Of a DNA stretch of 40,912 nucleotides, positions 35,801 through 40,912 are shown in pieces (within the stretch, counting starts at the first letter, position 1; each line of letters starts with the position of its first letter). The position numbers and the translations under genes are program-made. A model generated the notes under the pieces. The model made no database searches. It saw only the letters and a program-made list of their open reading frames with translations, and had not been told where the DNA came from. This DNA is from a virus (lineage: Duplodnaviria > Caudoviricetes). The stretch is taken from positions 1-40,912 of IMG/VR virus record IMGVR_UViG_3300037461_000370; one strand, written 5' to 3'.

Positions 35801-36320
35801 TACTGATGCAGGGACGACTGTTGTCTATAGAAAATGGGAAACAGCTGCTACCGATCCTAACGGCAGTTCAGTGTCATCAACGGCTAACCAATGGTTTATG
35901 CTTCTGGTTGCGTTCACAGCGACAGATACTACTGTTACTAATCCACAGGTATATTTTACTGATGGATTTGTAATCAAGATGAATTACTTGCGTGGTGCTT
36001 CTTACGCTGAAACAGCAGTAGAATATATTTATAAGTTTGGTTTCAGGAATTTTGACACGCCATTGATGGATAAAGTTTTCAAGAATATAATGAGTGTCCA
36101 TGATGCTGATGAAGGTTCATTCCAGATAGACTGGGAGACGGAGAATGCCAGTGGTTCATTCGTTATAGATTTGACTAATAATTCAACTAAATGGCAGAGT
36201 TTTTTCCCGTCAACAGCTATGGGCCGTAAGTTGAATTTGCGGATATACAAGAATGATGCGTATGATTTCAAGATAAAGGAATTGCAAGGGCTATATACGC
36301 CTATGCCCGCGTTTATGTAG
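32892..36320 (+). CDS. Tail nozzle/stabilisation protein (tubular B / P22 gp10-like) with large insertions
   Basis: PGMNS...AQNTRF..PGTVTKR N-terminus, HRERLFISG..SRIYYS propeller motifs, C-terminal DKVFKNI...GRKLNLRI; follows the adaptor. Confidence 0.75.
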   Translation: MALDVEVKPWYLKTLPGMNSKVEDLELQNRWVEIAQNTRFEEEPGTVTKRARLTYFNSSSKGTGAVMNLYRLYAGGVTKWIMIHGTVAYVGDDSAGTFTSIRTGLTTGKRSSFVTYKNIMIVSNGYDNPWCYDGTSSNVTWELGACKAVLTAGGSNLDSGAAYYYAVTIDADAYVCGAVSNTVTTDADNRKVTLSNIPTGPVGTTNRKIYRVEGGGSDLKLLATIADNTTTTYVDDIADGSLGAAYPAVTDDMPKGFLLQSHRERLFISGDLNNQSRIYYSNVGLPHYIQQTTNTDYMDVNPDDNDEITGIPIQLGVMCCVKKNTIRKLYITSSASTADPTTWYAEDPVSWNGCPAPWSITQTPMGIIYLGWDHWYVFNGTFSKPIIDEFDTEGILAADYNEVVSHFNNNILLAAYTDKTLATTYHNRVMRYNFKREALSYDTIDANCFGSKIGKDEKGDLFYGDSQNGYVYQAENTDIYYSLQKKSDLSAGTATDTYIGGTEDEPYLEIGGDSAPNTIPDDICILWDNESTSPGTGWVDITSTLNGKFIMFSSTAATTGGGAGHTHTFAGNLATSNVGNANAGDDNPQCIGGNHEHTITGTSATGYAQPRYIQFRIFKASSCTATAFPDGAIVMYDQDETPEGWEQVVTGIGYYIRIGATSLNSATFHSHTHTYSITSSSTNSYTNSDGGGDCANGIHNHVCSGTSSSTSLDTWELDYVSFRFIKKVGEESTWDGSSKYVYCMYAGAGTPGGDWSAVTTYNNMFLKIGNGDPATGSAANASHLHGGLAGTSAQEGQTGGNGGYHAVALTHHTHSYTMTSSSDSADTPPYYTMRLMKMLLGKMNTYNAAWISAYTSGIWVSPAMELKALTLKKLFWNETLSGTDDVVLYTRTAATSALCTQTEACTVGDAGDGDMQITDNGHGLSNLNRVVFSAATLPTGLLNDIVYYVRNKADNTFELSTTPTGTVLTYTDAGTTVVYRKWETAATDPNGSSVSSTANQWFMLLVAFTATDTTVTNPQVYFTDGFVIKMNYLRGASYAETAVEYIYKFGFRNFDTPLMDKVFKNIMSVHDADEGSFQIDWETENASGSFVIDLTNNSTKWQSFFPSTAMGRKLNLRIYKNDAYDFKIKELQGLYTPMPAFM

Positions 36321-36328
36321 GAGGTACT

Positions 36329-36607
36329 ATGCCTATTGAGAAGACTGTAGATGTTGCTGATTTCACGCCAGAGAATATAACAGTACTCAAAGATTTATTG
36401 GATAGGATAACCCGTGAGGCAGCTACTCAAGAGGCTTTAGATGCTGCTGTTCTGTGGGAAACCAATGATTCTGGTGATGTGGCGTTAAAGACGGCTGATA
36501 CTTTAGACATAGCGCAGAAACAGGTAAAACAATTCGTGGTTGAAAATAGAACAGATGATCCTAGTTCCCCTGTGACAGGTCAGTTATGGTTCAGGACGAA
36601 TGTATGA
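36329..36607 (+). CDS. Small virion protein
   Basis: C-terminal ENRTDDPSSPVTGQLWF fibre-type motif; GGAGG RBS. Confidence 0.65.
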   Translation: MPIEKTVDVADFTPENITVLKDLLDRITREAATQEALDAAVLWETNDSGDVALKTADTLDIAQKQVKQFVVENRTDDPSSPVTGQLWFRTNV

Positions 36608-37302
36608 GCAGTATAAATGGAATACTAGCTGCTTCACATGATTGTTCTTTAGACAAATTTGCGTACCCCACTTATGCTGTTGGGGTTGCTGGTGATAGTT
36701 ATGACGAAGATTATGATACCTGCTATGGCATTACTTGTTCTTACTCATACGGATATTTTTGGGTTTCAGCTACTGCAATTCATACTCTTGCTCAAACTTT
36801 AAGAATTGATAGAGTAAAGGCACGGGTAAAGGCGTATGCATCTGGTGGTGGTGTTGATCCCTGTGGTGTAACAGTTACAATTGCATATAAGAGTGGTGGT
36901 TCTTGGACCAACTTATATACAGATACTCAAAACGGTGGGACAGTTTCTATAGATTATACTTATGATAACTCTACAGGATGGTCAAATGTTACGGATCTCA
37001 AGATATATGCATATGCATGTGCTTACTGTGCAAGTGAATTTGAATCAGCAGATATTCAGGCATATTTATACGACATCCAAGCATGGTACACATCTTACAG
37101 CGACTCAGGATTACGTATCAGGAAGTCTGCGTCAACAGAATCTATAGGTATGGAAACATTATCATCGTCCCATAAATTACGTTTCAGGAAAGGTTCTACT
37201 ACTTATGGCATACCTTTAGTAGCGACAACGGATCCATACGCCACTGGTATCAGGATATATGATGGGAGTGCGGTCAAAGCGTTAGTGAAGAAAACACCAT
37301 GA
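36604..37302 (+). CDS. Putative fibre/receptor-binding virion protein
   Basis: Tyr/Ser/Thr-rich beta domain with C-terminal LRIRK/LRFRK/IRIYD repeats; ATGA-coupled start at 36604. Confidence 0.6.
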   Translation: MSSINGILAASHDCSLDKFAYPTYAVGVAGDSYDEDYDTCYGITCSYSYGYFWVSATAIHTLAQTLRIDRVKARVKAYASGGGVDPCGVTVTIAYKSGGSWTNLYTDTQNGGTVSIDYTYDNSTGWSNVTDLKIYAYACAYCASEFESADIQAYLYDIQAWYTSYSDSGLRIRKSASTESIGMETLSSSHKLRFRKGSTTYGIPLVATTDPYATGIRIYDGSAVKALVKKTP

Positions 37303-37775
37303 GTGAAATCGCTGTTAGACGGATAACGATAGATGATTTGGAAGGAACGTTTCAATTAGTACAGGAATTTAAGAAGGAGGCATTAGATAGCATTCCTGTA
37401 TCTTTTGATGAAACTACTGTAATGGGAATTATTGTTTCATCTATTTCACAAGACATACCGAGAATATATGTAGCGTTAGATGGAGGTGTAATTGGACTTA
37501 TAGCAGGTGTAGTGTTACCGTCTTATTTTGATAAGAATAAGATTACTAGTATGGAGTTGATGTGGTATGTCAACCAAGCACACAGAGGTACATCTGCTGG
37601 AATTAAGTTAATGAAAGAAATGGAATTATACGCAAAGGAGAGGGGTGCAGATACTTTAGTTATGATAGCTCCATATTATTCTCCTAGCAGTAAAGATGTA
37701 AGTAAATTATATGAGAGGTATGGATATAAGAGATTAGAGACGCATTACATTAAAGAGTTGAACAAAGGAGGATGA
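37299..37775 (+). CDS. GNAT-family acetyltransferase
   Basis: ELMWYVNQAHRGTSAGIKLM, LYERYGYK. Confidence 0.9.
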   Translation: MSEIAVRRITIDDLEGTFQLVQEFKKEALDSIPVSFDETTVMGIIVSSISQDIPRIYVALDGGVIGLIAGVVLPSYFDKNKITSMELMWYVNQAHRGTSAGIKLMKEMELYAKERGADTLVMIAPYYSPSSKDVSKLYERYGYKRLETHYIKELNKGG

Positions 37776-37776
37776 G

Positions 37777-38520
37777 ATGGCTGTAGCAACTGGAACTGCA
37801 ATATTAGGTGCTGCTGCTTTAGGAACGGCTGGTATGCTAGGTTCCCAAGCGATGGCTAATAAGAAATCAGGTGGAGGTTATGAAGGTGGTGGTGTCGTTA
37901 CGATGCCACAGTATCAATTTACAGAACCTCGTCTACAATTGACGTCTGATTTCTATACGCAACAGATACAAAACTTGATGGCTGGTGAAGCTCCACCATA
38001 TTTACAACAATATCTGCCTAAGATGAAGAAATATCTACAGACTGGTTTAGATGAATCTTACTTAGGTAGAAGTGGTGAACGTAGAGGTGGTGTTGAACTG
38101 GCAAGGGAAGCAGGTTTATCTAGCGGTTTAGGACCTAAAGCTGCTGTATCTGGAACACAAAAGGTATTACGTGATTATATGGATAAATCAGAAGCTATAG
38201 ACCAATATATTTCAGGGTTAGAATTTAGTGCTGTACAGGATGCCTCTAAGACGTTTCCATATTATTCGCAGATGATGCCAACAGGGCCTAACGCACAAGT
38301 AGTACCTGCTCAACAAATACCTGAAACTCCTAATTATTATGGGCAGTCTATGTCTAATATGGCAGGCAATATTCCTTGGGAGATGTTATTAAATGCTAGC
38401 TCTGGTACTCCATCAACTCCATCATATTTAACTAATCCATATAATAGTTCTACGCCACAAGGATATTCTCCTAGTACTTGGTCAAGTTTACAATCTTCGT
38501 ACCCAAATTTATTTAGATAG
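37777..38520 (+). CDS. Putative ejection (DNA pilot) protein
   Basis: Hydrophobic Gly/Ala N-terminus MAVATGTAILGAAALGTAGMLG, Q-rich body; follows GNAT as in podoviruses. Confidence 0.65.
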   Translation: MAVATGTAILGAAALGTAGMLGSQAMANKKSGGGYEGGGVVTMPQYQFTEPRLQLTSDFYTQQIQNLMAGEAPPYLQQYLPKMKKYLQTGLDESYLGRSGERRGGVELAREAGLSSGLGPKAAVSGTQKVLRDYMDKSEAIDQYISGLEFSAVQDASKTFPYYSQMMPTGPNAQVVPAQQIPETPNYYGQSMSNMAGNIPWEMLLNASSGTPSTPSYLTNPYNSSTPQGYSPSTWSSLQSSYPNLFR

Positions 38521-38534
38521 GAGGCGATAAAAAG

Positions 38535-39536
38535 ATGGCTACACAAGCAACATTTCAATCAATACCAGGAATGAATCCCAAATACAATACCCAACCAGAT
38601 GCTGCTGAAACTGCTTTCATGACGTTAGCATCGGGGCTTCAGGGGTATTTTGGGCGTAAGGAGAAGGAAAGAGACAGACAACAAGCGTTGGCAGTATCGT
38701 TATTGCCTGCGTTGGCTGCGAAAGGACAACTATCTCCTGTCGGTCAAGGAGAAACAGGTATGTTTGGTACACCTTTTAAAGCATCTGCACCCCCAGTAGA
38801 CTGGGGTAACTTGTATAATAAAGGTCTTGTTGAAGGTACTATACCTATGAGTCCAGATAAGGCACAACAATTTACAAATGATCAGCTCAATAATTTGATA
38901 GCTTATAATCCTATGGCTTTCAACGATTATGACCCTAAGACAAAGCAATTTACATTTAATTGGGATAAATATAATAAAGCACAGGATGAAATTTATAGTG
39001 TTGTTACAGGGAGGGATAAATCAGTTAATTCGGATGTTACAGAATTAGCTAAACAGAATGCTATTACTTATGCGCAGGAACGTGGGGAGAGTGTTTTTCA
39101 AGTTCCTGGCGGGTTTATTTCTGGTAAGCCAACGGATCCTGAAATATTGAAATTTGGTAATCAGGCTGTGGTGGTATGGAGTCCTACTGAAACTAAGAAA
39201 GGGGAAAAAGGAGAGACTAAACCTAAAGCAACTCCTCCCAGGCAAGCAAATATAGGATTTATTGATAGTCCTGGAACAAAGAGAGCTAAACAGGTAGGTA
39301 AGATGTTAGAAGGTTTAGCGCGTCCTCCAGAACAGGATCCATTTGTACAACAGTATATGCAAGGAGAGATGCCTACATGGCAAATGGCACCATATCTACC
39401 GTTCTTAGGAGCTAAGTCAGCTATGTATGGCATAGGTCGTGGTATTGGTCAGGCTGTACCTGCTGTTGGGAGATTTTTAGGAAACGTACCTGATTATTTA
39501 CGTGCATTTGGAGCTGGAATATACGGGAGGGAATAG
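38535..39536 (+). CDS. Putative ejection/internal virion protein
   Basis: 333 aa Q/P/G-rich; GGAGG RBS; position. Confidence 0.6.
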   Translation: MATQATFQSIPGMNPKYNTQPDAAETAFMTLASGLQGYFGRKEKERDRQQALAVSLLPALAAKGQLSPVGQGETGMFGTPFKASAPPVDWGNLYNKGLVEGTIPMSPDKAQQFTNDQLNNLIAYNPMAFNDYDPKTKQFTFNWDKYNKAQDEIYSVVTGRDKSVNSDVTELAKQNAITYAQERGESVFQVPGGFISGKPTDPEILKFGNQAVVVWSPTETKKGEKGETKPKATPPRQANIGFIDSPGTKRAKQVGKMLEGLARPPEQDPFVQQYMQGEMPTWQMAPYLPFLGAKSAMYGIGRGIGQAVPAVGRFLGNVPDYLRAFGAGIYGRE

Positions 39537-40912
39537 ATGGCTAAATTCTTTGCTTCTACTGGCTCTACTTTCACTACCAAATTTGCTACACCGCCACCGC
39601 CAGATGAACAGACACCTGCCAAGAAACAAGACAGGGCTGCTTTGACGCCTCCTCCATCGGCAAATGTTAGCGAGCAGATACCTGCTGGTGTACCGTATTG
39701 GACAGCGAGAGGGATTAGTAGTCTTGTAGAACAACCTGTTATGGGTGCTGCCCAATTACCTTTCCAAGCCCTTAAATTCATACAGGAAGGTGGTAGACCA
39801 GGTGGAGTTAGTCCTATTGTTGAGAAGGCGGTAGAATATACAGACCCTTATCAACACGGTTTAATCACGCCTAAGGCTGAAGAAACACGTGCCTATAGGG
39901 ATTTATACTATTACAATGAAGGTAAATGGCGTGGTCATCTGAACCGTATCGTTGAAGCTGGAGCAGACTTTGCAGGATTTCTAGGTCAGATATTACTTGC
40001 TAAGAGAGTACCCGCTATCAAAAAATTTCCTACCACTGGTAAGGCATATAAAGCATTTGAAGCTGCGAGAGAAGCTGGTACTGTAACTAGAGGTATGCAG
40101 AATGCTGCGTACATATCTTCAGTTACCAGAAATGCTTCATTATTGGCTGCACAAGGTGTGCTAACTACGCCAGGTACGGTTCAGGAAAGAGCTTCGGCAG
40201 GTGTGAATAGGATGTTATATGCGTTGACGCCTGTAGCTACAGGTTATACAGGTGTTGCTAAACTTCCTGGTGTGTTAGGAAAGGCTGCGCCTCGTGGCGT
40301 TGACTTCATGCTAAACACATTGCTTACTTCACCGCAGTATAAGAAGATGCACGACGAGGCAGGAGGGTTTAACGATGACTTTTGGGGAATGGCATTGCCT
40401 CAGCTCACTATGGATGCTGCTATGTCTATTACTACTGCTGGTTTTCCTGAACAGGAACGTCTGAGTGCTGATAAAACTGCATGGCAACAAAATAGAAAAT
40501 GGACTGATACTACTAAATTACAGGATCATTTTAAAGGTTTTGATGATTATCATGAGAAGATGGAAACCATGCGTATTAATCTTGGTAAAGTCTTAACGGA
40601 GGAACCAGGAGAGATACCAACTAAATTGGAACGCACGGAGAATCTGAAGATAGTAGGTATTAAAGAAACAACATCAGTACAGGAAGGTAAACCTGTGACT
40701 ACGGAGGAACCTTTTCAGAAAGCATATGGTACTGAGGAGATTGCTGCTAAGAATAAGTTGAAGAATCTCGTTGAGAGTGGTCAGATAAAAATAGGCGATG
40801 TGGTAGTTAAGTGGGAAGATATATCAAAGAATAAGTCTGTAGTAGATGAATTATCTAAACAGATAGCAACGTCTCCAGAAACGGATATGCAGATGGTAGT
40901 GAAGAATGTATT
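39537..40912 (+). CDS. Large putative internal virion/ejection protein (partial)
   Basis: Manually translated MAKFFASTGSTFTTKFATPPPP...; open to the window end, starts directly after the previous stop. Confidence 0.7.
   Translation, partial: MAKFFASTGSTFTTKFATPPPPDEQTPAKKQDRAALTPPPSANVSEQIPAGVPYWTARGISSLVEQPVMGAAQLPFQALKFIQEGGRPGGVSPIVEKAVEYTDPYQHGLITPKAEETRAYRDLYYYNEGKWRGHLNRIVEAGADFAGFLGQILLAKRVPAIKKFPTTGKAYKAFEAAREAGTVTRGMQNAAYISSVTRNASLLAAQGVLTTPGTVQERASAGVNRMLYALTPVATGYTGVAKLPGVLGKAAPRGVDFMLNTLLTSPQYKKMHDEAGGFNDDFWGMALPQLTMDAAMSITTAGFPEQERLSADKTAWQQNRKWTDTTKLQDHFKGFDDYHEKMETMRINLGKVLTEEPGEIPTKLERTENLKIVGIKETTSVQEGKPVTTEEPFQKAYGTEEIAAKNKLKNLVESGQIKIGDVVVKWEDISKNKSVVDELSKQIATSPETDMQMVVKNV

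Noticed and set aside
1-40912. tRNA, integrase, transposase, reverse transcriptase/DGR, alternative genetic code
   Set aside because: No recognisable motifs seen; genes are full length under the standard code and all three stop codons are used.

Overview
The window is part of a tailed dsDNA phage genome (AT-rich, SD-type RBSs, a near-consensus sigma70 promoter); no host genes, tRNAs or CRISPR arrays were seen. Left arm (1-6350, minus strand): small early/DNA-metabolism genes, including a CobS/MoxR-type AAA+ ATPase with a HEXXH CobT-like partner, a divergent Ku-like protein, a minimal ATP-dependent DNA ligase, a PC4-like ssDNA-binding protein and an SLT muramidase. A divergent control region (6350-6680) holds two tandem DnaA-box matches and GCGTAGC motifs. 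Right arm (plus strand): terS/terL, a ~16.7 kb block between terL and portal, then portal, scaffold, decoration protein, major capsid, adaptor, nozzle, GNAT and ejection proteins (podovirus-like layout). The most striking element is that block. Two giant poly-serine proteins (1585 aa and 831 aa; codon-scrambled Ser runs punctuated by Lys/Arg) bracket a tightly coupled cluster of about 5 glycosyltransferase and 2 methyltransferase domains, suggesting a phage-encoded mucin-like, O-glycosylated virion coat. All product calls come from motif reading by eye, not database searches.
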